Virus record (IMG/VR): IMGVR_UViG_3300030433_002981
Coordinates: 1-41,315 of that record
DNA: 41,315 nt
Strand: one strand, 5' to 3'
Source: a virus
Lineage: Duplodnaviria; Caudoviricetes
Position numbers and translations under genes: made by a program. Shown here one piece after another: positions 26,121 to 35,586 of this stretch (its first letter is position 1; each line of letters opens with the position of its first letter). The notes beneath the pieces were generated by a model, which was given only the letters and a program-made list of their open reading frames with translations, ran no database searches and was not told where the DNA came from.

Positions 26121-28012
26121 CGTCTGCCATTTGGCTGCACATCTATACGAGTGCCGCCAATTCTAAATCCAACGCCCAATCTAACACCTATTTCTCCATC
26201 ATCATCAGACTCAAAACGAACAACAGCCTGCCTGCCGCGAGCCCTTGTATCTATCTTTGTTGTACTCGCTGTAAAAGCGGTAGTCTGATCTGTAGTCAAA
26301 GAGTCACCAGGGAAGTTTCTTGCTTTAATCACAAAGTTCATGGCCTGAGTTGCACCACTGTCGCCCGTAAACTTAACGTCTGGTATGCACCTGCGTATGA
26401 ATTGAAACTGTTCTCCATCGCCTAGATCAAAGTCAGCGCTTTCGATAAACACGTTATCCATGGGGCTACCGTCATTGTCATGGCCCGTTTCATGTGAATA
26501 AATGTAGTTGGCATCGCCATCGTATCCAGCTGCTCGTGGAAAACTAACTAGCCCTTCATCAAGCCAAGCAGTTCTTGATAGATTACCTATGGCCCATGTT
26601 TGTTCGACGTAGTTGTAGGTGACATATCGATCAATTACGGTGTTTGTGCCAGAACAATAAAACCAACCAACCTCATCAAATTGTTTGTTTAGAAAACCAA
26701 ACACCTGAAACGCTTGGCCTTCATTGAAATCGTCAAACACATAAGATCTAACGCTGCAGGGAACCCCTTGAACTGCACCTTGATATGAGTAAAAACCTTT
26801 CTTGTCCATCCAGAATACACCGGCAGGTGTGTTCACCGGGGCGTTTGGACCAATCAAGCTAACGCCCTCGTTGATCAGATTAAGGCCAAACGTAAGAGGC
26901 GCCCCAATAAACTGTAGGCTATAAAGAGCAACATCAGTCCATATCAGAGTTTCTTGCCTGGCTCGCAAGCCACCGATAATTTGTGAGCCTGCGGAGCATC
27001 TAAGAGATCCTGCCGTATTTGTGGCAGTTGGAAACCACTCTGCGGGATTTTCTTGGTCAGAGAATGCAACTAGAAGGGGGTCAGAAGATCCTGTTCTAGC
27101 AGTTGCAGTGTCATTTATTGGGTCTGCTCCAAGAGCAATAACGTGTCGATCCACATCAGAAACAAGCACTTGCAATGCAACTGTTGGTGTAAAGTTTGCG
27201 CCAGATAACGAAGATATGTTTACGGCTCGATCAGTGCCTAATGTTTTTGCGCTCGTGTCCCAATAGTAGATACCACCTGCTCGCACGTTTGCTATCAAGT
27301 CCTCACCGAAGCTATCCATGGACCACAAGCGAAGTTGATTCAAGGCGCTCAAAGAACTTGATGAGCCCCATGTTCCTGCACCCCATGTGCCAGAACCCCA
27401 TCCTGTACCATCTACAAACACATCAAGGCCAACGTTAATTTGATATGCGCCTACTACAGAACTACCACCGTTGCCGCTATCACTGCTGTTGGCCGTGACA
27501 GTTGCGCCAGAAGTATCTTTTGCTGTGATCACATAGATATCAGTGCTTGTGATTGAATCAATCTCATATTCTTGATTCAGAACTGCTGCGGTGACATTGC
27601 CGCCTAAAGATGCTGCGCCACTAAAAGTAACAAAATCACCCTTTGCTGCGCCATGCGCGGTGTCTGTAACATTGATAGAGCTTGATCCGTTGGTCGCTCC
27701 AAAAGTTACATCGCCTGCAGATGTGGTAGACCTAACTGGCGTTATGTCGTTGTAATTAGAACCTAATTGAATGTATAGCTTTGTGCGAGTGCCAAGACCA
27801 AGAAGCTTTGTGCCAGCTAAAGATGTCCAGCCTAGTAGTTTTCTGCCTGTGCCATTGAAAGAAGAAGTAACATATTTGACCCAGCCACCTATCTTTTCAG
27901 GCAAACCTTTACGGAATCGAACAAGATTGCCATCAAACCATCCACCTTCTGCGGTGTAGTCGGTGCCCTCTTTGTTGATTCCAGGGTTGAATATGTATTT
28001 CTGCAAAGGCAT
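26117..28012 (-). CDS. Tail nozzle/hub protein (P22 gp10-like beta-propeller)
   Basis: 631 aa, beta-rich; PGINKEGT...VRFR.GLPEKIGGW N-terminus, FSDQEN, terminal GRR; position before the ejection proteins. Confidence 0.7.
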   Translation of the reverse strand: MPLQKYIFNPGINKEGTDYTAEGGWFDGNLVRFRKGLPEKIGGWVKYVTSSFNGTGRKLLGWTSLAGTKLLGLGTRTKLYIQLGSNYNDITPVRSTTSAGDVTFGATNGSSSINVTDTAHGAAKGDFVTFSGAASLGGNVTAAVLNQEYEIDSITSTDIYVITAKDTSGATVTANSSDSGNGGSSVVGAYQINVGLDVFVDGTGWGSGTWGAGTWGSSSSLSALNQLRLWSMDSFGEDLIANVRAGGIYYWDTSAKTLGTDRAVNISSLSGANFTPTVALQVLVSDVDRHVIALGADPINDTATARTGSSDPLLVAFSDQENPAEWFPTATNTAGSLRCSAGSQIIGGLRARQETLIWTDVALYSLQFIGAPLTFGLNLINEGVSLIGPNAPVNTPAGVFWMDKKGFYSYQGAVQGVPCSVRSYVFDDFNEGQAFQVFGFLNKQFDEVGWFYCSGTNTVIDRYVTYNYVEQTWAIGNLSRTAWLDEGLVSFPRAAGYDGDANYIYSHETGHDNDGSPMDNVFIESADFDLGDGEQFQFIRRCIPDVKFTGDSGATQAMNFVIKARNFPGDSLTTDQTTAFTASTTKIDTRARGRQAVVRFESDDDGEIGVRLGVGFRIGGTRIDVQPNGRR

Positions 28013-28431
28013 TACTGATACTCACCGTCGCGGATCATTTCGGTTACGCGAATCGCTCTCGTGCCAACTTGTTTCGCCCACTTGCTATCCATGAATTCAT
28101 CAGCTGCAACATCGAACTGTTCCCTGCTCATGGCAGTTAAAGCGTTAACAAATCCACGCAGTTTGGTAAGACCAAGATTAAAACAAATATCGACCATCGC
28201 ATCGCGTCTAGCCTCGTTAAGCCCACCGAACCAGAAGTAAGTGTCTTGTAGCTCCTCTGTCACTCGTTTGATATCGTTTTCAAGAAGATAATCTATCTCG
28301 TCATCAGACAACCCAAGGCCAGACTCTGAGATATTTCTGCCCACGCCTATCGTTTCGTAGCCAGCACTACACAGGTAAACCTTTGACTTCACACCCTCAT
28401 GGCGCTTGATCATTTCGACTAGCTTACTCAT
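28012..28431 (-). CDS. Endolysin, phage lysozyme (GH24 / T4-lysozyme-like)
   Basis: HEG...YLCSAGYETIGVGRN (E-x8-C-x5-T), FNLG, DSKWAKQVG.RA. Confidence 0.9.
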   Translation of the reverse strand: MSKLVEMIKRHEGVKSKVYLCSAGYETIGVGRNISESGLGLSDDEIDYLLENDIKRVTEELQDTYFWFGGLNEARRDAMVDICFNLGLTKLRGFVNALTAMSREQFDVAADEFMDSKWAKQVGTRAIRVTEMIRDGEYQ

Positions 28432-28814
28432 TATTTTTCTCGCGCTACCTTATTGACCTTCTCGTAGCTACGCATCGCACCAAGCCCTAACATACCCATC
28501 ATCACAGGAACCAGAAGCGTCGTATCCACTTCTGGTACTGCTACCCATATGCCTAATATGTTTACGATGATGGTGTTGTAGAGCAGCCCGAAGGCACATA
28601 TCCACCCTATACAGGGACGCCACCCCCCGATAAACAACGACCCTGTAGCAGCTTCCGCTTTGTTTATTTCTAACTGAGCCAACATCGCTTCTTGCGAATG
28701 TTTTTCGCTCATGGTTGCTATCTCATGAGCGAGCTTTGCCTTTTGGTCTTTGTCTTCTATGAACTTATCTAGCAGTCCCGTTACCGGCCCTACTAATGAA
28801 GCAACTATGCTCAT
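28431..28814 (-). CDS. Holin (3TM / GTA-type holin family)
   Basis: GWRPCIGW motif, TM segments, MLGLGAMRSYEK; adjacent to the lysozyme. Confidence 0.8.
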   Translation of the reverse strand: MSIVASLVGPVTGLLDKFIEDKDQKAKLAHEIATMSEKHSQEAMLAQLEINKAEAATGSLFIGGWRPCIGWICAFGLLYNTIIVNILGIWVAVPEVDTTLLVPVMMGMLGLGAMRSYEKVNKVAREK

Positions 28815-29155
28815 CTACCATTCCCTCTGTTTGACCATGCTTGCGCCCCGAAGAACGCAGCCAATATACCTGCGACTGAAACAAAGTAGACTGAGGCCAT
28901 ATCTCCCAGGATACTTGCTGCCTGCACCAGGCCAGCCCAACTGCTTACTACTACCAACGACGGATACAAGAGCATGCCCCATAAAGCAAACCAACTCATG
29001 CTACGCTGAGCCTGCGCTCTTTCGTTGCTGATCTTTAGTTCTTGCAGTTCCTTGCTAGTCTCTAGCTCGTCATCAGTAACAACACCATCACCATCGGTAT
29101 CATACTGATTGTAATCTGACCCAGGCTCTAGTTTCTTTGCTGCCATATCAGTCAT
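28811..29155 (-). CDS. Two-TM membrane protein with an EF-hand-like loop
   Basis: DTDGDGVVTDDE loop followed by two hydrophobic helices. Confidence 0.7.
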   Translation of the reverse strand: MTDMAAKKLEPGSDYNQYDTDGDGVVTDDELETSKELQELKISNERAQAQRSMSWFALWGMLLYPSLVVVSSWAGLVQAASILGDMASVYFVSVAGILAAFFGAQAWSNRGNGR

Positions 29156-29363
29156 AAAATGGTGTGTTTGGCGGTACTTTAACAGGGATACAATAGGCTG
29201 TAATGTTCTCTTGATTGTTCAAGCGCCTGCCTTCTATCGGCTTGATCGTTCCCTGTTCCAGCCAATAAGCAAACTGATTGCACCTGTGAATGTTGCGAAA
29301 GTGAAATTTACCTGCAACTTGCTCGCCTTCTACCAGCATGACAAGCAGAAACGCCATGATCAT
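29148..29363 (-). CDS. Hypothetical protein (hydrophobic N-terminus, two Cys)
   Basis: 71 aa, overlaps neighbours. Confidence 0.6.
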   Translation of the reverse strand: MIMAFLLVMLVEGEQVAGKFHFRNIHRCNQFAYWLEQGTIKPIEGRRLNNQENITAYCIPVKVPPNTPFYD

Positions 29364-29824
29364 CCGAAGGCTTTCAGGATCAACACAAAGATCAAAACTG
29401 CGATGCCGCCTCCAATAATAAGAGTCGTACCACCAACGAGAAGTTGTTGAATGAGGATTTGCTTTTCGCGCTTACGTTTTGCCATTAGCCTTGCGTGTGC
29501 CCTCCTGTCTTGTTCCTGCTGCCTAATTGCTTGGTCGTAGTCCTCTAGCAGTTTAGGGTCTGCAACCAGGAGCAAATCCCTCAGATCTTTTTGATATCTT
29601 TCCTGGTTCCTACGAAGCATTTGTAGCTTGAGGATGTCATTCTTTGAGAGCGCATTAAACGTCGAGCTTTTACGTTGTACCTCGAAGTTGTTAAGAGCTT
29701 CTCCGAAATCAGACACAAGAGCCATCGCTTGCTGCACGTTGGCTTTACCTTCATTGACATTTTGAATCACCGAATTGATCTGCTGAAGGAGCATCCCGGC
29801 GGCTGCAACAGACTCGATAATCAT
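29360..29824 (-). CDS. Coiled-coil protein with a C-terminal TM anchor
   Basis: 154 aa, hydrophobic C-terminus. Confidence 0.65.
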   Translation of the reverse strand: MIIESVAAAGMLLQQINSVIQNVNEGKANVQQAMALVSDFGEALNNFEVQRKSSTFNALSKNDILKLQMLRRNQERYQKDLRDLLLVADPKLLEDYDQAIRQQEQDRRAHARLMAKRKREKQILIQQLLVGGTTLIIGGGIAVLIFVLILKAFG

Positions 29825-29827
29825 GGT

Positions 29828-30016
29828 TTACCTCATAAAAAACTGAGGCAACGCAGCCGCTGCAATCAGCGCATACAATCCGTAGATAAGATGTTCTAGA
29901 TGTTTGAACTTAGCAGAGCCTTCTGCAAGTCGCTCTTCGATACGCTGATAACGCAAGGCGCATTCACGTTCATGCGCGTTGACTTCGTTCAATGCTTGCT
30001 CGCCTTTATCGCTCAT
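29828..30016 (-). CDS. Small coiled-coil + TM protein (HERECALRY motif)
   Basis: 62 aa, common lysis-region phage peptide pattern. Confidence 0.65.
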   Translation of the reverse strand: MSDKGEQALNEVNAHERECALRYQRIEERLAEGSAKFKHLEHLIYGLYALIAAAALPQFFMR

Positions 30017-30219
30017 ACCGTCACGTTTACTCTTTGTGTCGATGCTAACGGCTGCGTTTCTACTTTACTGCCCTCCTTCGTATAAAGTACGGGCATAACG
30101 GTTTCGACCATCTCTCGGACAGTCTCACCCTCGGCACCTGTGCGCAGGCGCTCTTGCTTCTGAACCGCAACCTGCTTCCAACTGATCTGAGCAGATTCGG
30201 ATACCGAACCTACATCCAT
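30013..30219 (-). CDS. Hypothetical protein
   Basis: 68 aa, ATGA overlap with the next gene. Confidence 0.55.
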   Translation of the reverse strand: MDVGSVSESAQISWKQVAVQKQERLRTGAEGETVREMVETVMPVLYTKEGSKVETQPLASTQRVNVTV

Positions 30220-30224
30220 AGTCG

Positions 30225-30443
30225 CTACTGTAGTTGTCCAGAGACAACAGGCTCTTCATCGAGTGTAGCCACATTGTCTTGAGCGGGGGCTTGCTCTTTG
30301 AGTTCCGCCATGAAGCGATCACGCATCGCACCCATCTGGCTCATAGCCTCGCCAGTGACCATGCCGTTCTTGGCGGCTGCGTCGATAAGATTCAGCACGT
30401 TAGCTAGATCGTGAAGTTGAATATGCTTCGTTTCCATTACCAC
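30225..30443 (-). CDS. Hypothetical protein (post-tail-fibre)
   Basis: 72 aa; the probable start is ATG at 30437, coupled to the upstream stop. Confidence 0.6.
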   Translation of the reverse strand: MVMETKHIQLHDLANVLNLIDAAAKNGMVTGEAMSQMGAMRDRFMAELKEQAPAQDNVATLDEEPVVSGQLQ

Positions 30444-30772
30444 GGTACTCCTGATGCGTCTACGGGTGTTGCTTTTTTGTTGATCTGACCTTGAAGTCCA
30501 GCTTCTTTGGCAGCGGCTGAGTCTTCATCCTCATCAGCATCGAGCGCAGCTTTGACCCAGGCAATCGCGTTGTCTTTCGTGACCTTGTCGTAGGCGATAA
30601 AGTCTGAGGAGCTTGGATCGCCAGACACGCCTTTTGTGCCATAGCACTCTGCTCGATACTCAGTGCCACTGATCGTTTCGACGGCTGTAAGCCGCCAGTG
30701 AATGTTGGTGATTAGCCCAGAGGAGACTTGCCTGTCCACCTGCGGGATGTCCCATGTGAATATTGCAGCCAC
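30437..30772 (-). CDS. Tail-fibre-associated protein
   Basis: FTWDI...IHWR...FIAYD..T...WV...GVPW pattern usually found after tail fibres. Confidence 0.65.
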   Translation of the reverse strand: MAAIFTWDIPQVDRQVSSGLITNIHWRLTAVETISGTEYRAECYGTKGVSGDPSSSDFIAYDKVTKDNAIAWVKAALDADEDEDSAAAKEAGLQGQINKKATPVDASGVPW

Positions 30773-33700
30773 TAGCTACCTCCTTTCAGCTTTTCGATTT
30801 CTGATTTTAACTCTTCTATTTGCTTTTGTTGATCTTGAATCGCACTCACAAGATACGGAACAAATGCAGCTTTATAAATTGTCCAAGGGTTTTTGCTCGG
30901 ATCATCGCCACCTTCACCAGCGCAATTTGGCAACACCTTCTTAACTTCTTGAGCAACAAAACCTATCTCTGTCTCGCCACTCTTCTTCCAGTCAAACTGA
31001 CGAACATCAAGATCAAGTATTTTGTCTAGCTGGCTAGGCGCATCTACGATGTTTTCTTTAAGCCTTTCATCTGAACCCGTGCCAAATTCTAAGCTGGTTG
31101 TTGAGGCCGACTGGATTGTACCTACCGTGCTGTTCTCGTCAGTAAAGATCATAAACCTTGAGCCATTTCCCAAACCAGTATCGTCTTGGAAAGACACTTC
31201 GATAATCGGCTGATCTGCACTTGTAACTGTGCCTTGGTGACAAATAAATTTAGCGCATACCTCATCTCCAGCTTGATGGGCTACAAATTGCGCTGTGCTA
31301 GAAAAGTTCGTGACGGGTGTTGTAGTTCCTACTAATAATGCATCCGTTGTAAAACGACCAATCTCTGCCGCACCTGTCGTAAATTGCAGCGAATCGTCAC
31401 TATGGTCATAACTGACCTTGCCTATATCGACATCATCTTTATCGCCAAGTTTGATAACGGAAACCGACGCTGTTCCGCCAATAATTGCAACACCTGCACC
31501 TTGTGCGCTATTGAAGTTACGTTGAAAAATGCCTACGTCACCGCCTGTAAAACTTGGCGTTCCCTCTGATGCGTCATGCACCAAATGTATGCCGCCACTA
31601 GAGCAGCCGGGAGAGCTTGTACCTACACCGATTTTATCGTTAGCGGCATCGACGAAAAACATATGACTTTTGTTGTCGGACTCAATGCGAAAGTCGATGT
31701 CAGCAGAGCCGTTATTAAAGACAGTTTCATTGTTAATACAGTCGATGCGATTTTGCAGACCTGCTGAGCCATCATTAGTGTTTATAACGAATCGACCTTG
31801 CTCTGAACCGCTAGTAACTCCTGGCGAAAATACTGCGATTTGAGCATATATATCTCTATTCCCATCGCTGTCATCTGCCTTGAAGTTGATAACCGCTATA
31901 TCATCCGCCGTCGAGGGAGAGGCTGAATCACGAATAAAATCCATGACCGGGCCATCCCCGTTATCATCGTCAGTACAGACGAGGGCAAGCTGTACGTTAT
32001 TGTCGTTTCTAGCTATGTTTACCTTAGCGCCATAATCGGTGGTGGTATTTATCAGCAGATCACCAGAGCTATTGATTCTCATACTCTCAGAGGTTGAGTT
32101 GCTACCATCAGGAGTAGTGGAAAATTCGATCCTTCCCGGTACGTCGTTTTCACCGGGAGTTCCATCTAAAGATCCTACGATTTTTGCTGCTTGATGACCA
32201 AAGTTAGTACCATCGGCAGCTACAAACGAAACTCGTCCAAGGGCATCGCCATCTTGAACAATGGTGAAATTATCCCCAACGCTAGTGGATCTAGATTTTG
32301 CAAAATTTAAATATGGCGCAGAATTGTTATTCGTGTAACGACTAATTGACATGCCAGCATTAGCATTGCTGTTGCCTTGTATTTGAAAGGTTGAATCGAC
32401 TGCAACGACGCTTACGGGGGCATTGTTACCTATTACAACTACGTTGTTGCCACCATCCACAAAAAACTTATTGGCTGCTCCATCGGTTTCAATACGGAAG
32501 TCGAGGTCTGCACTGTTATCATTAATTACCGTTTCTGTAGAATCCATCGTGATGCGTTCTTTATTTGCGCCACCAACTCTGGTTTCTATTCGTAAAATTC
32601 CATCTTCTGCTCCGTCTGTAGGATCTCCAATAAGACAATTAAAGAATGCGTAAGACGTTTCATTTCCGCCAGAATCGTCGCCCAAAAAACGCATTTGCCC
32701 TAGATTATCGTTAGCAGCGGGGCTTGAAGAATCTCTTAATAAATCAAAACGTGGACCAACTGATGCGTCTGCATCGGTAGATACTAGAGTTAACTGCGTA
32801 TTGTTATCTGCCGTAGCAATATTTACCTTACCGCCGTAATCCGTGGTGGTGTTTATTAAAAGATCGCCTTCCTCCGTTAGTCTCATCCGCTCCGTTTCAG
32901 TCGCGGCACCATCAGAAGTTGTGTGAAATTCCAAACGTCCGGGCGTATCATTTGAACCGGGGGTGCCGTCTACGGCAGACTGTATACGGGCTGCACGACT
33001 AGCCACATCACTGCCATCGTCAGCAACAAACTGTACTAGCCCAATAGTATCGCCAGACTGAACTACTGTTCCTCCCCCTGTTGCAATGGAACCGTTTCGG
33101 CTTTTTCCCAACACGAAACGAGAGCCGCCTGTATCGGCGGAGTATCGAACAGCACCAATACCAGAGCCTCCATTATCGGTTCCAACAACGCTCAAATGAG
33201 GATTAATTCCTCCTACCGCTATATTCGCGTTAAAACCTAGCGTCACTCGGTTGCTGCTTCCTTGGATAAACAGAGCATTCGCATCGGTATCTGTTTCGAC
33301 TCGGAAGTCGAGGTCTATACTTGCGTCATTGAATACAGTTTCTGTAGGGCTAAATTTTGCTCGACTTCTGGTTGAGCCATCCACCACCGTTGCGATAATG
33401 AGGTCTGCGTCTTCTGTGCCATCGCTTGCATCTTTGATCGTCGATCTAATTTGAGCATAAAGGATGTCCTCAGAAGCATCATTGCGTGCGTTAAAATTTA
33501 GTCGACCAATCAAATCATCATCTGCTGGAGAAGAGGATTCACGCTGAAAAACAATCAAAGGGCCGGCGCTTGCATCCGAATCTGTTGAGATAACCGTGAG
33601 CGCCGCATCATTGCCAGTTACCTCGCTAGTCAAGCCGTTGACATGCAGATTAGTAAACGCATCGACCATCTTACCGCCAGAGCCAGCGCCATCAGAATAA

Positions 33701-34083
33701 ATAGCTTTAACTTGACCGTTAGGCACGGTGACCGTAGCGCCAGAGCCTTGCTTGATAATGATGTTATACGGGCCAGACGAACCTGAATCTGTCGTTGCGT
33801 TTTCTATAAACCACAGTTTTGAGACTGTATTTGGCCCTATAGTGACGGTGCAATCGCTATCAAGAGCGCCAGTGTATTGCAAATAGATTGACCTGCCGGG
33901 ATCAGTAGAACCATCGGCAATAGTAGTAGTGTGGGTGTCAGCATTCGTCGTAATAGCTTCCGTACCAAAACTAAATGCCTCTGCAATTAATTCCAGGTTT
34001 GTATTCGTGCTGGTGCCCCAGGTGCCCGCTTCATCACCAGTAGCAATCTCTTTTAGGCGTAGATCATTAACGTAGGTTGCCAT
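30772..34083 (-). CDS. Tail fibre with internal repeats and a C-terminal peptidase S74 intramolecular chaperone
   Basis: N-terminal TGDEAGTWG..TNTNL anchor; three long repeats; SDERLKENI...GFVAQEV...coiled coil. Confidence 0.85.
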   Translation of the reverse strand: MATYVNDLRLKEIATGDEAGTWGTSTNTNLELIAEAFSFGTEAITTNADTHTTTIADGSTDPGRSIYLQYTGALDSDCTVTIGPNTVSKLWFIENATTDSGSSGPYNIIIKQGSGATVTVPNGQVKAIYSDGAGSGGKMVDAFTNLHVNGLTSEVTGNDAALTVISTDSDASAGPLIVFQRESSSPADDDLIGRLNFNARNDASEDILYAQIRSTIKDASDGTEDADLIIATVVDGSTRSRAKFSPTETVFNDASIDLDFRVETDTDANALFIQGSSNRVTLGFNANIAVGGINPHLSVVGTDNGGSGIGAVRYSADTGGSRFVLGKSRNGSIATGGGTVVQSGDTIGLVQFVADDGSDVASRAARIQSAVDGTPGSNDTPGRLEFHTTSDGAATETERMRLTEEGDLLINTTTDYGGKVNIATADNNTQLTLVSTDADASVGPRFDLLRDSSSPAANDNLGQMRFLGDDSGGNETSYAFFNCLIGDPTDGAEDGILRIETRVGGANKERITMDSTETVINDNSADLDFRIETDGAANKFFVDGGNNVVVIGNNAPVSVVAVDSTFQIQGNSNANAGMSISRYTNNNSAPYLNFAKSRSTSVGDNFTIVQDGDALGRVSFVAADGTNFGHQAAKIVGSLDGTPGENDVPGRIEFSTTPDGSNSTSESMRINSSGDLLINTTTDYGAKVNIARNDNNVQLALVCTDDDNGDGPVMDFIRDSASPSTADDIAVINFKADDSDGNRDIYAQIAVFSPGVTSGSEQGRFVINTNDGSAGLQNRIDCINNETVFNNGSADIDFRIESDNKSHMFFVDAANDKIGVGTSSPGCSSGGIHLVHDASEGTPSFTGGDVGIFQRNFNSAQGAGVAIIGGTASVSVIKLGDKDDVDIGKVSYDHSDDSLQFTTGAAEIGRFTTDALLVGTTTPVTNFSSTAQFVAHQAGDEVCAKFICHQGTVTSADQPIIEVSFQDDTGLGNGSRFMIFTDENSTVGTIQSASTTSLEFGTGSDERLKENIVDAPSQLDKILDLDVRQFDWKKSGETEIGFVAQEVKKVLPNCAGEGGDDPSKNPWTIYKAAFVPYLVSAIQDQQKQIEELKSEIEKLKGGS

Positions 34084-34221
34084 CTATCTTCTCCGACCTC
34101 TTGTCTTTTGCTTTGGCTTCTTCATCGAAGCAACATGTTTCTTCAAGACTGCTGCTTGTTTTTTATGGGCCTTAGATGCTTTCTCTAAGCTTTTAACTAT
34201 TTTTTTAACTTTGCGCACCAT
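34084..34221 (-). CDS. 45-aa Lys-rich peptide (not in the ORF track)
   Basis: MVRKVKKIVKSLEKASKAHKKQAAVLKKHVASMKKPKQKTRGRRR; exactly fills the gap, with TGATG coupling upstream and an abutting start downstream. Confidence 0.6.
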   Translation of the reverse strand: MVRKVKKIVKSLEKASKAHKKQAAVLKKHVASMKKPKQKTRGRRR

Positions 34222-34856
34222 CAAGCAACCTCTTCCCAGTTTGGAGTTTGACTGTCTGTTACATCAGTCCAACTCGGTGTTTGACTATCGTTAACAGCAC
34301 TCCAGCTTGGCGTTTGACTATCTGTTACAGAAGCCCAACTTGGTGTTTGACTGTCCGTGATTGCTGTCCAGTTTGGGTCTTGTCCGTCGTTTATAATACC
34401 GTAAACGTTGAAATATCCTATCGCACCCGTTGACGTAACGCCCGCAGGAGTTGCGTTAGCTGTTCCCGATACTGACGCAGATCCAATCTCTCCGTCACCC
34501 TGCACGCCAGTGACTGATGCATTAGCTGTGCCCGTGATCGCAACCGAACCAGCCGCTCCAGTGCCTGAAACGCCAGATACACTAACATTCGCATCTGCCG
34601 ATACAGTAACCGCTCCGACAGATCCAGTTCCTGCCACGCCTGCGACAGATACATCGACACCCGCCCCTTGGACGATTGTGACCGACCCGATTGACCCTGT
34701 GCCAGAAACGCCTGTGACAACGGCATCTGTGCTAAGGATGACCGTGACTGACCCAACAGAACCTGTTGCAGATACGCCACTAACTTCAATAGGCGCTTCT
34801 TCGCCCCAAGCGCCCTCACCCCAAGTGCCTCTGCCCCAACCCGTAACATTTGCCAT
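34221..34856 (-). CDS. Gly/Ser/Val-rich virion protein with C-terminal DSQTPSW repeats
   Basis: WGxGxWG N-terminus, VTGVSGTGSxGSV repeats, five 11-aa C-terminal repeats. Confidence 0.7.
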   Translation of the reverse strand: MANVTGWGRGTWGEGAWGEEAPIEVSGVSATGSVGSVTVILSTDAVVTGVSGTGSIGSVTIVQGAGVDVSVAGVAGTGSVGAVTVSADANVSVSGVSGTGAAGSVAITGTANASVTGVQGDGEIGSASVSGTANATPAGVTSTGAIGYFNVYGIINDGQDPNWTAITDSQTPSWASVTDSQTPSWSAVNDSQTPSWTDVTDSQTPNWEEVA

Positions 34857-34859
34857 GCT

Positions 34860-35291
34860 TTAGGCAATACGAATAATCGCATTCGATGCATCAGCTGCGG
34901 GAAACTGTATTGTAAAATCGCCAGAACTTGATGATTTATCTGCACCAAAATCTAAGGCACAAACTGAAGGATCACCAGAGGCGCTGTCATTAAATATCAA
35001 CGCCCCTCTTGCAGTGATGGTGCTAGAGCTAAAAGTTAGATCTGCAAAATCAGTAAGTGCAGTCGTTCCAGAAGTGCTTGGGTCAACGCGAGTTAGCGAA
35101 GAACCTTTTGCAGTATATCCAGTCCCTGACACTTCGTTAGATGTAGTGTACGCCGTGGTGCTTGCATCAAGGGAAGCTGAGCTTGTGTACAGCGCAAGAT
35201 TAAAAGTGCTGCCACCAGAATTCTTGAAGTTATGCACTGCCTCCATAAGTTCTTTTTTGAAAGATGTGCACATTGCAGTGGTGATGGACAT
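34860..35291 (-). CDS. Virion structural protein
   Basis: CTSFK.EL...LALYTS...NEVSGTGY..G...DFG.DK motifs typical of conserved tail/baseplate proteins. Confidence 0.7.
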   Translation of the reverse strand: MSITTAMCTSFKKELMEAVHNFKNSGGSTFNLALYTSSASLDASTTAYTTSNEVSGTGYTAKGSSLTRVDPSTSGTTALTDFADLTFSSSTITARGALIFNDSASGDPSVCALDFGADKSSSSGDFTIQFPAADASNAIIRIA

Positions 35292-35584
35292 TAGAGACTC
35301 CTAATTATATCTGCCATATCTTTATGGCCTTGCTTTTCAAGCTCTGCGATCAAGGTTGTTCTATCACTCTTTATCGCTTCTTTTATATAAAACTCTACCG
35401 TTGCCTCAACAGACCTTTTGAAGGCTTCTGCTTGATCGGCAATCAAAGGATGACAGTTGCCACCAACGCTTACAATTCTATCTGAAGCAGCTTTCGCCCA
35501 AAACTCTGGGCTGTGCCCCTTATCAACAGTTGTTTCAACCACTACACTGCCGACTTCAAGTTTAGACGCTTCAAAAAAAGACAA
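35291..35584 (-). CDS. Hypothetical protein
   Basis: 97 aa, coupled within the late operon. Confidence 0.65.
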   Translation of the reverse strand: MSFFEASKLEVGSVVVETTVDKGHSPEFWAKAASDRIVSVGGNCHPLIADQAEAFKRSVEATVEFYIKEAIKSDRTTLIAELEKQGHKDMADIIRSL

Positions 35585-35586
35585 CG

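Noticed and set aside
89-28610. Single 9-nt spacer matches elsewhere in the window (agcgcagtg at 89, cttgcacct at 2579, gtggcagaa at 13071, ccaccctat at 28602) as self-targets
   Set aside because: About 0.3 chance hits are expected per 9-mer on both strands of 41 kb, and the partner half-site does not match adjacently; I did not scan exhaustively
34235-34390. 33-nt tandem repeat as a second guide array
   Set aside because: It encodes the in-frame DSQTPSW 11-aa repeats with synonymous third-position variation, so it is a protein repeat
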